Below are positions 10,074-18,829 of a DNA stretch of 64,000 nucleotides, piece after piece. Source of the DNA: Bacilli bacterium (GTDB taxonomy: Bacteria > Bacillota_I > Bacilli_A > RF39 > UBA660); assembly GCA_017515795.1 (NCBI GenBank), contig JAFWEE010000006.1:20-64019 (forward strand), written 5' to 3'. Both the position numbers and the translations under genes were made by a program. The notes under the pieces are model-generated. The model was not told the origin of the DNA. It was given only the letters and a program-made list of their open reading frames with translations, and ran no database searches. The first letter of the stretch is position 1; the number at the start of each line of letters is the position of its first letter.

Positions 10074-10082
10074 AATATCCTC

Positions 10083-10502
10083 CTAATTATTATTAAGTAT
10101 ATCCTCTATTATATTAATACCTAGTGTTGCACATGTTTTTCTAGATTCTTGTTTCCATATTTCATCAAATGCAAGTAAATCTTCTAAAATAGTTTTATCA
10201 TATTCTTCTTCATTAACCATCTTTTTATAGTTATCTATAATATTTAAAACTTCTTCTTTTGATTTACCTATAAATCTATGAATTGCAATTGATAAAGAAG
10301 ATGTTGCTATAGCACATGCTTCACCATCAAATCTAATGTCTTTTACTACTCCATCTTCTAATTTTAATTCTATATCAAAATGATCTATACAAGATGGATT
10401 CTTATCACTCTTTTTAATATAACTAGGATCATTAGTTAATCCTTTATTATTAGGATAATTAAAATTGTCTAATATTAATTCTCTTTTTATATTACTATCC
10501 AT
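10083..10502 (-). CDS. sufU: SufU/IscU-type Fe-S cluster assembly scaffold
   Basis: NifU N-terminal-like with conserved Cys contexts NPSCIDHF, GEACAIATSS and RKTCATLG. Lies 1 nt after sufS. Confidence 0.8.
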   Translation of the reverse strand: MDSNIKRELILDNFNYPNNKGLTNDPSYIKKSDKNPSCIDHFDIELKLEDGVVKDIRFDGEACAIATSSLSIAIHRFIGKSKEEVLNIIDNYKKMVNEEEYDKTILEDLLAFDEIWKQESRKTCATLGINIIEDILNNN

Positions 10503-10503
10503 A

Positions 10504-11688
10504 TTAAATACCTAAACTTTCTTCTAATATATTTGGATTATTTAATGCTTCTATTAATTTATCACATTCTTCTATAGTGTTATAGAAGTATAAACTAACT
10601 CTAACAGTATTTTTAACTCCTGTTACTTCATGAAGCATCTTATCACAATGATCACCAGATCTAACACATATGTTTTTCTTATCTAAATATAAAGATGTAT
10701 CCTGAGCAAATACTCCTTTTACATTAAATATAATTGTAGATCCTTCTACATTAGAATTTAATATTTCTAAATTATCTAATTTAGATAATTTATTTATTAA
10801 ATATTTCTTTAAATCAGTAATATATTCTTCTATATTATTAACTCCAATTAAATTAATAAGGTCTATTGCTTTACTAAATGCAATTACTCCAGGAACATTT
10901 CTAGTACCTGATTCTAAATTATATGGAATATCTTTATATACTATTTCATCTTCATTAAATGAAACTGTTACTCCACCACCAGTATAAACAGGTTTAATTT
11001 CTCTCATTAATTCTTCTTTAGCATATAGAATACCTACTCCCATAGGTCCACACATTTTATGAGCAGAGCCAGCTAAAAAGTCTATATCCATATCTTGTAC
11101 ATCTACCAAAGTATGTCCTAAACTTTGAGCAGCATCTACTACTACTAAAATATTATTTTTATGAGCAAATTCTATAATAGATTTAATATCTCTTTTATCA
11201 CCTATTACATTAGATATATGAGAAAGTCCTATTACTTTAGTATTTGGAGTTACTTCCTTCGAAATATTATCTAGTGTTAATTTATAGTCCTCATCAAGGT
11301 TAGCATATTTTATTTTTACTCCTAATTCCATAAATGGAAGTATTAAAGAAGCATGTTCACTTTTAGATAGTATTACTTCATCATTAGATGATAACTTATC
11401 TTTAAAGTAACCATTTATAATCATATTTAAACTTTCAGTAGAACCACTAGTGAATACTATTTCTTCTTTTTTATTAGCATTAATAAAATCTTTTACTTTA
11501 ACTCTTGTTTCTTCATATAGATTACTAGTAAGTAAACTAAGTTTATAATCTCCTCTATGAGCATTCATAGGATACTCTTCATAATACTTAAGTATAGAAT
11601 CTATTACTGCTTTAGGTTTTAAACTAGTTGCACCGTTATCAAAATATATAATATCAGTATTTAATAAATTAAAATCCTCTCTATGCAT
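10504..11688 (-). CDS. sufS: cysteine desulfurase (class V aminotransferase)
   Basis: PLP lysine motif SAHKMCGPMGVGILY and catalytic Cys motif VRSGDHCDK. Confidence 0.85.
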   Translation of the reverse strand: MHREDFNLLNTDIIYFDNGATSLKPKAVIDSILKYYEEYPMNAHRGDYKLSLLTSNLYEETRVKVKDFINANKKEEIVFTSGSTESLNMIINGYFKDKLSSNDEVILSKSEHASLILPFMELGVKIKYANLDEDYKLTLDNISKEVTPNTKVIGLSHISNVIGDKRDIKSIIEFAHKNNILVVVDAAQSLGHTLVDVQDMDIDFLAGSAHKMCGPMGVGILYAKEELMREIKPVYTGGGVTVSFNEDEIVYKDIPYNLESGTRNVPGVIAFSKAIDLINLIGVNNIEEYITDLKKYLINKLSKLDNLEILNSNVEGSTIIFNVKGVFAQDTSLYLDKKNICVRSGDHCDKMLHEVTGVKNTVRVSLYFYNTIEECDKLIEALNNPNILEESLGI

Positions 11689-11755
11689 TTTGCACCTCTT
11701 TTTATACTGTAATTATATCACATTTGTGATAAAATATATATGGGAGATGAAATAA

Positions 11756-12139
11756 ATGGACAATTGCATTTTTTGTAAAATAGTAAAAGGAGATATTCCT
11801 TCATATACTATATATGAAGATGAAATAGTTAAATGTTTTTTAGATATTAATCCTGTTAATGATGGACATGCATTAATAATACCTAAGAAGCATTATACAA
11901 ATTTAGATGATATTGATTTAGATACTCTAAATCATATTATGAAAGTTGCTAAAGATATTAAAAAGAAATTAGATGAAAAATTAAATATGGGAGGACTTAG
12001 ACTTTTTCAAAATAATGGATCAGTTCAAGAAGTTAAACACTTTCATTTACATTTAGTACCATCTAATGGAAATGATATTGAATTAATAACAAACACTAAT
12101 AAAAAGGATGTTAAAGAAGTGTTTGATTTATTAAAGTAA
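11756..12139 (+). CDS. HIT-family (histidine triad) protein
   Basis: CIFCKI N-terminus and triad HFHLHLVP. SD GGGAGATGA. Confidence 0.85.
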   Translation: MDNCIFCKIVKGDIPSYTIYEDEIVKCFLDINPVNDGHALIIPKKHYTNLDDIDLDTLNHIMKVAKDIKKKLDEKLNMGGLRLFQNNGSVQEVKHFHLHLVPSNGNDIELITNTNKKDVKEVFDLLK

Positions 12140-12179
12140 TTTTGTTATTATATATTTATACGTTTATAGGAGGATAAAG

Positions 12180-13133
12180 ATGAAAAACAAAATATTATTA
12201 AGCGTAGGAATAACTATGGGTGCAGTATTATTACTTACTGGTTGTGGTAAAGCAGATTTAAAAAATGGATCCGAAGTAGCTATTAAAGTTAATGGAGAAA
12301 AATTATCTGCAGATGATATCTATAAGATATTAAAAGAAAAATATTCTAAACAAGTTATAGTAGATGAAATTGATAAAATTATTTTTAATACTATGTATAA
12401 AGATGATGAAGAAATAGAAAAACAAGTTGAAGAACAAATAGAATATTATAAAGCTCAATACTCTACTAATTGGGAAGACACTTTAAAGAGTGCTGGTTAT
12501 GAATCAGAAGATGAATTAAAAGATGAAATGAGATTATCTTACCAAAGAGATAAAGCTGTTAAAGATTATTTAAAAGATAACCTAAGCGAAAATGAAATTA
12601 ATACTTATTATAAAGATGAAATATCTGGCGAAATATCTGCTAAGCATATTTTAATATCTACTAGTGATAGAGAAGAATCAGAAGCTGAAAGTTTAGCTAA
12701 AGATATAATTAAAAAGTTAGATAAAGGTGAAAAGTTTGAAGACCTAGCAAAAGAATATTCAGATGATACTGGTTCTAAAGACAGTGGTGGTGATCTTGGA
12801 TATTTTGGTAAAGGTGAAATGGTATCAGAATTTGAAGATGCTGCATATGGTTTAAAAGTTGATGAATATACTAAAGAACCTGTTAAAACTACTTATGGAT
12901 ATCATATTATTTTAAAAACTGGTGAAAAAGAAAAACAAGAATTAAAAGATATTAAAGATACTGTTAAAGAAAAACTTGTTGAAAAGAAATTATCTGATGA
13001 TAAAACTTTAAAAGTTACTACTCTTCAAGATATTAGAAAAGATTATGGATTAAAGATTAAAGATTCAGTTTTAAAAAGTAAATATAATGAATATATTGAA
13101 GAAGAAATAGAATACTACAATAGTGCAAATTAA
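12180..13133 (+). CDS. prsA: foldase lipoprotein PrsA (parvulin-type PPIase)
   Basis: Lipobox LLLTGCGK. PPIC rotamase core ISAKHILIS...GGDLGYFGKGEMVSEFEDAA...GYHIIL. SD AGGAGGA. Confidence 0.85.
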   Translation: MKNKILLSVGITMGAVLLLTGCGKADLKNGSEVAIKVNGEKLSADDIYKILKEKYSKQVIVDEIDKIIFNTMYKDDEEIEKQVEEQIEYYKAQYSTNWEDTLKSAGYESEDELKDEMRLSYQRDKAVKDYLKDNLSENEINTYYKDEISGEISAKHILISTSDREESEAESLAKDIIKKLDKGEKFEDLAKEYSDDTGSKDSGGDLGYFGKGEMVSEFEDAAYGLKVDEYTKEPVKTTYGYHIILKTGEKEKQELKDIKDTVKEKLVEKKLSDDKTLKVTTLQDIRKDYGLKIKDSVLKSKYNEYIEEEIEYYNSAN

Positions 13134-13158
13134 AAAGGAATATTAAATATTCCTTTTT
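13132..13158. terminator. bidirectional hairpin terminator between convergent prsA and recX
   Basis: 12-bp stem aaaaaggaatat / atattccttttt with a 3-nt loop. A and T runs on both sides. The recX stop (13143-13145) is inside it. Confidence 0.55.
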
Positions 13159-13889
13159 ATTTCGTCCAAATCAAATCCTTTAGAATATAATTTACTTCTT
13201 ATAAAAGCTTCTAATTTATAATCATCATATTTATTCTTATACTTATTTAATAATTTATTATATTCTTTTATACCATCCTCTATATTAACTAAGTTCTTAG
13301 AGTTTAATATTTCTATAATCATATCTTTATCATATCCTAGATTAATAAAATAACTTAATAATCTTTGTTTAAGTACATTACCAGAATAACCTTTGGTAAT
13401 TTTTATTTTTTTATCTATTAAATGATTTAATTTATCAAATATTACTGTGTTATCCACAGTAATATTTTTATTTATTATATCTTCATTAATACCCAGTTTT
13501 AATAAATTATCTTTTATTTTATTAGGACCATCATTAGATAAATTAATCTTATCTTGATAATATGCTATTACGTAATTAGAGTCATTTATAAGACCATTTT
13601 TAAGTAGTTTATCTATTATCTTGTTAACTATATTATCTTCATATATTTTGCTTAAATAAGTCTTTATTTCTTTTTTGGAACGCATTTTAGTACTAATATA
13701 TTTAACTGCTTTATCATATGCTTCATATTCTAAATTATCTTCTTTAATAGATGTTAAATCATTTATTTCTTTGCTTAAAAGTAAATTATTATTTAATATA
13801 ACATCTTCATATAAAGTAATATTTTCATTATTATCTAAATATACTTTATATTTATTACCTCTTTGTTTTTCATATTTAATTATTTTCAT
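13143..13889 (-). CDS. recX: RecX-family regulatory protein
   Basis: Repeated three-helix modules, with AYDKAVKYISTKMRSKKEIKTYLSK resembling the RecX core pattern. recA is not adjacent. Confidence 0.65.
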   Translation of the reverse strand: MKIIKYEKQRGNKYKVYLDNNENITLYEDVILNNNLLLSKEINDLTSIKEDNLEYEAYDKAVKYISTKMRSKKEIKTYLSKIYEDNIVNKIIDKLLKNGLINDSNYVIAYYQDKINLSNDGPNKIKDNLLKLGINEDIINKNITVDNTVIFDKLNHLIDKKIKITKGYSGNVLKQRLLSYFINLGYDKDMIIEILNSKNLVNIEDGIKEYNKLLNKYKNKYDDYKLEAFIRSKLYSKGFDLDEIKRNI

Positions 13890-13917
13890 ATATCACCTTA
13901 TAAAAAAACTTAATACA

Positions 13918-14109
13918 TTATTTAACATGTATTAAGCCATTTTGAACTTCTTCTAATGCTCTATCTAAACTCTTCTTAGATTTATAATCTTTTTCTTTCA
14001 TTTGATAATGTTTTGTTTCATCCATTTGAGTAGCTCTTTTAGCTGCTACATAAACAAGTTGATATTTAGAATTAACAGTACTAAGAATTTTATCAATAGA
14101 ATAATTCAT
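13918..14109 (-). CDS. rpoZ: DNA-directed RNA polymerase subunit omega
   Basis: 63 aa with the SKYQLVYVAAKRATQM motif typical of RpoZ. Confidence 0.75.
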   Translation of the reverse strand: MNYSIDKILSTVNSKYQLVYVAAKRATQMDETKHYQMKEKDYKSKKSLDRALEEVQNGLIHVK

Positions 14110-14111
14110 AA

Positions 14112-14837
14112 TTATGCCCCCTTAACCATTATATTAGTTTTTGGTACTAATTTTACCTTTAATTTTTCATTAATTAATTTTAAATCTTCAGCATATAATC
14201 TCTTGAAATCAGAATCAAATTCTTCTTTTGGTGATTTATATTCTTTTTTCTTAAAATCACTTTCAACAAGTCTTATATCTGATCTACCATTATCTGAAGC
14301 ACCTTCCATTTTTATAAGAAGAGCTGTGTCTCCAAATAATTGAGTAAACTCTTTTCCTCTTCCAGTTATAAATAAATGGAATAGTAAACTAACATTTTCT
14401 AATAATCCTGATGCATTATGTCCAATAATATCATTTACATTTATTAATGTTACCTCTTCATCAGTATCTTTTGGATCATAATCTAAAGCAGCATTTAATA
14501 ATTGTTCAGATAATATCATATTTAGTCTTCCATTAGTTGGATGACTATCAGGAACATATAATCCAAAATTAGTTATATCTTCTTCAGATTCAACATCTAA
14601 TGGACATGAAAAATATCTCATTATATCTTTTAATAAAAGTTTATCTTTACCTTCAGTTAATTTATGTACTTGTGATTTTTTATAATCTAGGAATAGTGTA
14701 TAGTCTTCGATACCTTCAGGTTGAAGAATATCTCTATAGTATGCTAGTAATACATCATCTACTATATAATCTATAAATACTTTTCCTTCAATTTCTTTTT
14801 CTAGTAAATCTTTAGAACTGTTTTCACTTATAGCCAT
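14112..14837 (-). CDS. hypothetical protein (241 aa), translationally coupled to rpoZ
   Basis: Long ORF ending 2 nt before the rpoZ start. No P-loop and no recognisable motif. Confidence 0.6.
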   Translation of the reverse strand: MAISENSSKDLLEKEIEGKVFIDYIVDDVLLAYYRDILQPEGIEDYTLFLDYKKSQVHKLTEGKDKLLLKDIMRYFSCPLDVESEEDITNFGLYVPDSHPTNGRLNMILSEQLLNAALDYDPKDTDEEVTLINVNDIIGHNASGLLENVSLLFHLFITGRGKEFTQLFGDTALLIKMEGASDNGRSDIRLVESDFKKKEYKSPKEEFDSDFKRLYAEDLKLINEKLKVKLVPKTNIMVKGA

Positions 14838-14898
14838 ATCACTACTCTCCTATTACATAATTCATTATAACATATTTTTAAAAAATATTTAATATTTT

Positions 14899-16206
14899 TT
14901 AAAAAGGTAATTTCATATTTCCATTACTCATCATTTTCATCATCTTTTTAGATTCTTCAAATTGTTTAAGTAATTTATTTACTTCTTGTACAGAGGTACC
15001 TGATCCTTTAGCTATTCTTTCTTTTCTAGAAGCTTTAATTATATCAGGATCTTTTCTTTCTCCTGGTGTCATAGATAAAACTATAGCTTCTATTCTAGCT
15101 ATTTGTTTAGGATCTATTTGTATATTACTAAGTCCCATCTTTTTAGCACCTGGTATCATTTTTAAAATACTTTCAATAGAACCCATCTTCTTAATTTGTT
15201 TAAATTGTTTTAAGAAATCTTCTAGGTCATATTTACCTTTTTTCATCTTTTTATATGTGCTTAATGATTCTTCCTCATCCATTACAGATTCAGCTTTTTC
15301 AATAAGAGACATTATATCTCCCATACCAAGAATTCTACTAACCATTCTTTCTGGATCAAATTCATCAAGTCCATCTAATTTTTCAGATGTACCTATAAAC
15401 TTAATTGGTATACCAGTTAAATATTTAGCAGATAATGCTACACCACCTCTAGTATCACCATCTAACTTAGTTAAAATAGTTCCTGTAAGTGGTAACTTAT
15501 CATTAAAACCAGTAATAACATTAATAGCATCTTGTCCCATCATACTATCTATTACTAACATTACTTCATTAGGTTTAACTTCATTATTAATGTTCTCTAA
15601 TTCATCCATTAGTTTTTCATCTATTTGAAGTCTTCCTGCAGTATCTATTAATACATAGTCTAAACCATTTTCTTTAGCATAAGCAATTGAGTCTCTAGCT
15701 ATTTGAACAGGATCTTTAGTACCCTCTTCAAATACTGGTATATTTAAACTTTTACCAAGTGTTTGCAATTGATTAATAGCAGCTGGTCTATATATATCTG
15801 CTGCTACTAATAATGGTTTTTTATTATATTTTTTTCTAAGTAAATTAGCTAGTTTACCTATAGTAGTAGTTTTACCTGAACCTTGTAGACCTACTAACAT
15901 AAGAATACTAGGATTACCCTTAGTATAAATATCTGCTTTATCACTACCAAGAAGTTCTAATAATTCATCTTTTAATATCTTTAGGAATACTTCATCAGGT
16001 TTTAAACTTTTTCTTATTTCTTCTCCTAAAGCTTTTTCTTTTACTTTGTTAGTAAACTCTTTAACAACTGTATAGTTAACATCTGCCTCTAATAAAGCAA
16101 GTCTTACTTCTCTTAAAACATCTTGTATATTTTCTTCAGTAATAGATCCATATCCTCTAATTTTACCTATAGCACTATCTAATCTATCTGATAAACTTTC
16201 AAACAT
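14899..16206 (-). CDS. ffh: signal recognition particle protein Ffh
   Basis: MFESLSDRL N-terminus, GLQGSGKTTT P-loop, DTAGR, TKLDGD, and a Met-rich M domain. Confidence 0.95.
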   Translation of the reverse strand: MFESLSDRLDSAIGKIRGYGSITEENIQDVLREVRLALLEADVNYTVVKEFTNKVKEKALGEEIRKSLKPDEVFLKILKDELLELLGSDKADIYTKGNPSILMLVGLQGSGKTTTIGKLANLLRKKYNKKPLLVAADIYRPAAINQLQTLGKSLNIPVFEEGTKDPVQIARDSIAYAKENGLDYVLIDTAGRLQIDEKLMDELENINNEVKPNEVMLVIDSMMGQDAINVITGFNDKLPLTGTILTKLDGDTRGGVALSAKYLTGIPIKFIGTSEKLDGLDEFDPERMVSRILGMGDIMSLIEKAESVMDEEESLSTYKKMKKGKYDLEDFLKQFKQIKKMGSIESILKMIPGAKKMGLSNIQIDPKQIARIEAIVLSMTPGERKDPDIIKASRKERIAKGSGTSVQEVNKLLKQFEESKKMMKMMSNGNMKLPF

Positions 16207-16215
16207 AGTTGCCTC

Positions 16216-16515
16216 CTATAAATCTAGTATATTATTTATTTTCTCTATTAATTCTTCATTTCCTGTTTCTTTGATTAATTTAGTAATCTTTTTATCTTTA
16301 TCAATTAATTTAAGTTTAGAATCAAAATCTTCAAGTTTACTGGTAGCAAGCTTTAAATCCTTTGAAACTGCATTCTTACTAACACCATTATTTTCTGCTA
16401 TTTCACTTAAAGTTAAATTATGAAAATAATAATCAATAAAATAATTTTTTTGAGAATCAGTAAGTAATTCTCCATAATAATCAAATAATATTATTAATCT
16501 ATCTTGTAATTCCAT
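16216..16515 (-). CDS. ylxM: YlxM/p13-like putative DNA-binding protein (UPF0122)
   Basis: LFDYYGELLTDSQKNYF...LSEIAENNGVSKNAVSKDLK, in the conserved position between ftsY and ffh. Confidence 0.8.
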   Translation of the reverse strand: MELQDRLIILFDYYGELLTDSQKNYFIDYYFHNLTLSEIAENNGVSKNAVSKDLKLATSKLEDFDSKLKLIDKDKKITKLIKETGNEELIEKINNILDL

Positions 16516-17502
16516 TTACATCATTTCCTTAAATAATCCATATATATATTTTTCAATATCAAAAGTTCTTAAATCTTCTTCTTTTTCACCCATACCTACA
16601 TATTTAACAGGTATATTAACCTCTTCTTTAATAGCTAAAACTATTCCACCTTTAGCAGATCCATCTAATTTAGTTAATACTATTCCTGTAACATCAGTTA
16701 TTTCTTTAAAAGCTTTTGCTTGAGATATACCATTTTGACCAGTAGTAGCATCAATAACTAATAAAGTTTCTTCTGGAGAACCTTCTTGATGATTATTAAT
16801 TACCTTTTTAATCTTCTCCAACTCATTCATTAAGTTAACTTTATTTTGAAGTCTTCCTGCAGTATCAATAAGTACTAAATCATAGTCTTTAGACTTTTCC
16901 ATACCAGTATAAACTACTGAAGCAGGATCTACTCCTTCTTCACCATTAACTATATCTACATTTAGTCTCTTAGCCCATTCAGATAATTGTTCTACTGCGC
17001 CTGCTCTAAATGTATCTGCAGCTACTAATAATACTTTTTTACCTAAATCTTTCTCTTTCTTAGCAATTTTAGCTATAGTAGTAGTTTTACCTACTCCATT
17101 AACTCCAACAAATAGAATAACTGTAGGTCCATTATCTCTATAATTAATTTTATTTACTAACACTTCATCATTAACATAGATAATAAATAATTCATCAACG
17201 ATTAATTCTTTCAATTCTTCTGGATCATCAATTTTTTCTTTCTTAGCTCTATCTACTAATCTATCCATAAACTTAATAACAGTATTAACACCAATATCTG
17301 CCATTATAAGTATTTCTTCTAATTCTTCAAAATATTCCTGATTAACTTTAGAATATTTCTTGTTCAACTTATTTAATTTATCTGAGAAATCTTTTCTAGT
17401 TTTTTCTAAACCTTTTTCATATATTTCAGTTTCTTTTTTATCAACTTTATTAACTTCTTTATTACTAGAAAATTTTTCTTTTATTTTGCTAAATAATCCC
17501 AT
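16516..17502 (-). CDS. ftsY: SRP receptor FtsY
   Basis: GVNGVGKTTT, DTAGR and TKLDGSAKGG motifs. Start placed at ATG 17502 (MGLFSKIKEKF). The track start at 17511 is a GTG inside the SD AGGTGA. Confidence 0.93.
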   Translation of the reverse strand: MGLFSKIKEKFSSNKEVNKVDKKETEIYEKGLEKTRKDFSDKLNKLNKKYSKVNQEYFEELEEILIMADIGVNTVIKFMDRLVDRAKKEKIDDPEELKELIVDELFIIYVNDEVLVNKINYRDNGPTVILFVGVNGVGKTTTIAKIAKKEKDLGKKVLLVAADTFRAGAVEQLSEWAKRLNVDIVNGEEGVDPASVVYTGMEKSKDYDLVLIDTAGRLQNKVNLMNELEKIKKVINNHQEGSPEETLLVIDATTGQNGISQAKAFKEITDVTGIVLTKLDGSAKGGIVLAIKEEVNIPVKYVGMGEKEEDLRTFDIEKYIYGLFKEMM

Positions 17503-17534
17503 GTTTATCACCTAATAAATATTATATCATATAA

Positions 17535-17566
17535 TAAAAAAAACTACATCAATTGATGTAGTTTTT
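17535..17566 (-). terminator. hairpin terminator after the 390-aa repeat-module gene
   Basis: 12-bp stem aaaaactacatc / gatgtagttttt with loop aatt, 3 nt after the stop. A T-run follows on the minus strand. Confidence 0.55.
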
Positions 17567-17568
17567 AA

Positions 17569-18741
17569 TTACATAGATCTTCCTGAAGAAATATCTTCAT
17601 CTATTGTAGTAAACATATTGTTGTTATCATATTTTTTATAAAATTGATCTATTTTAGATTTTTTAGATTTTACACTAGCTATAGTTTTATAATAATCTAA
17701 AATAATTTGTTTATTAACAGTTCTCTCATTTATCATTTGATCAAATTCTGGATCTCCTGGTTCTATCCATTCTGAATTAGCATCTTCTATAAACATCTTT
17801 CCGTAGTCATCTAATTCTTCAAATGCTTTCTTTTGATCTATATCATATAATGAATCAAAGTATAAAATAATCTTATCAATATTAATTGCTCTTTCATTAA
17901 GCATTTGTTCAAACTCAGGATCTCCTGGTTCTAATCCTTCAGCTTTACTATCATCTATAAATGCTTTTTCATAATCATCTAATTCATTATATAATCTCAT
18001 TTTTTCTTCATTATATTTTTTATTGATTTCTTCTAATCTAGCTTTTTCCTTTTCAACAGTTGGATTAGGTACCTCTACAGGTTTTTCTATAGGAGTATCA
18101 TTACTTGTTCCTCCAGTAGATGATGAACCACCATTATTACTTAATGTACCTACAGTAAATCCTCCATAAGAAGTTTTCCTTCTCTTTTTATTAGTAATTC
18201 CACCACCAACTACATTAGAAGTATTATTATTAGTAATACCCTTCTTTATTTCATCAATCTTATTTTTTAAATACTCTATTTGATTATCTTTTATATCGTT
18301 ATTTTTAATATTAAAAAATAATTCAGCTTGTTTAGAAGGACAATCATCTAATAAATCACAAATATCATTAAAAATGCCTTCAAAAGCTTCATCAGTATAT
18401 TTTGGATCTTTCTTGGCAAAATCATGATATCCTTTTATTAAAGCAAAATCATAAACCATTTGAGATAATCCTTCAGGATCTTTCTTTAATGTTTCTACCC
18501 AATCTTCATTTAATGCTTTTTTCATTTTACCTAAAATATATTCATCAGATCCTATTACATTTAAATTATTATTAATACATTTTAGAGTTTCATTAAACTT
18601 TTCTTCTTGTTCTTTTTGCTCTCTTCTTTCTTGGTTCTTTTCTTTTGCATTATTGTATCCGTCTTTAAACTTATCTTTTACTCTTCCAAATAATCCTACT
18701 GCTTTTGTTCTTAATTTTGATTTAGGTTTACTTATACTCAT
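17569..18741 (-). CDS. hypothetical protein (390 aa) with two tandem copies of a FIDD-x-AEGLEP-x-DPEFEQMLNERT module
   Basis: Module copies at about aa 241-298 and 303-352 (DNA 17686-18021). A G/S/N-rich basic low-complexity centre. No signal peptide or TM segment. Confidence 0.7.
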   Translation of the reverse strand: MSISKPKSKLRTKAVGLFGRVKDKFKDGYNNAKEKNQERREQKEQEEKFNETLKCINNNLNVIGSDEYILGKMKKALNEDWVETLKKDPEGLSQMVYDFALIKGYHDFAKKDPKYTDEAFEGIFNDICDLLDDCPSKQAELFFNIKNNDIKDNQIEYLKNKIDEIKKGITNNNTSNVVGGGITNKKRRKTSYGGFTVGTLSNNGGSSSTGGTSNDTPIEKPVEVPNPTVEKEKARLEEINKKYNEEKMRLYNELDDYEKAFIDDSKAEGLEPGDPEFEQMLNERAINIDKIILYFDSLYDIDQKKAFEELDDYGKMFIEDANSEWIEPGDPEFDQMINERTVNKQIILDYYKTIASVKSKKSKIDQFYKKYDNNNMFTTIDEDISSGRSM

Positions 18742-18795
18742 TTATAATACACACCTCTATTCTATATATATTATATCATACAATGAATAGATAGC

Positions 18796-18825
18796 AAAAA
18801 AGATGTCAAATATGACATCTTTTTT
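18796..18825 (-). terminator. hairpin terminator after the 509-aa repeat-module gene
   Basis: 13-bp stem aaaaaagatgtca / tgacatctttttt with loop aata, 5 nt after the stop at 18830. Confidence 0.55.
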
Positions 18826-18829
18826 TACA

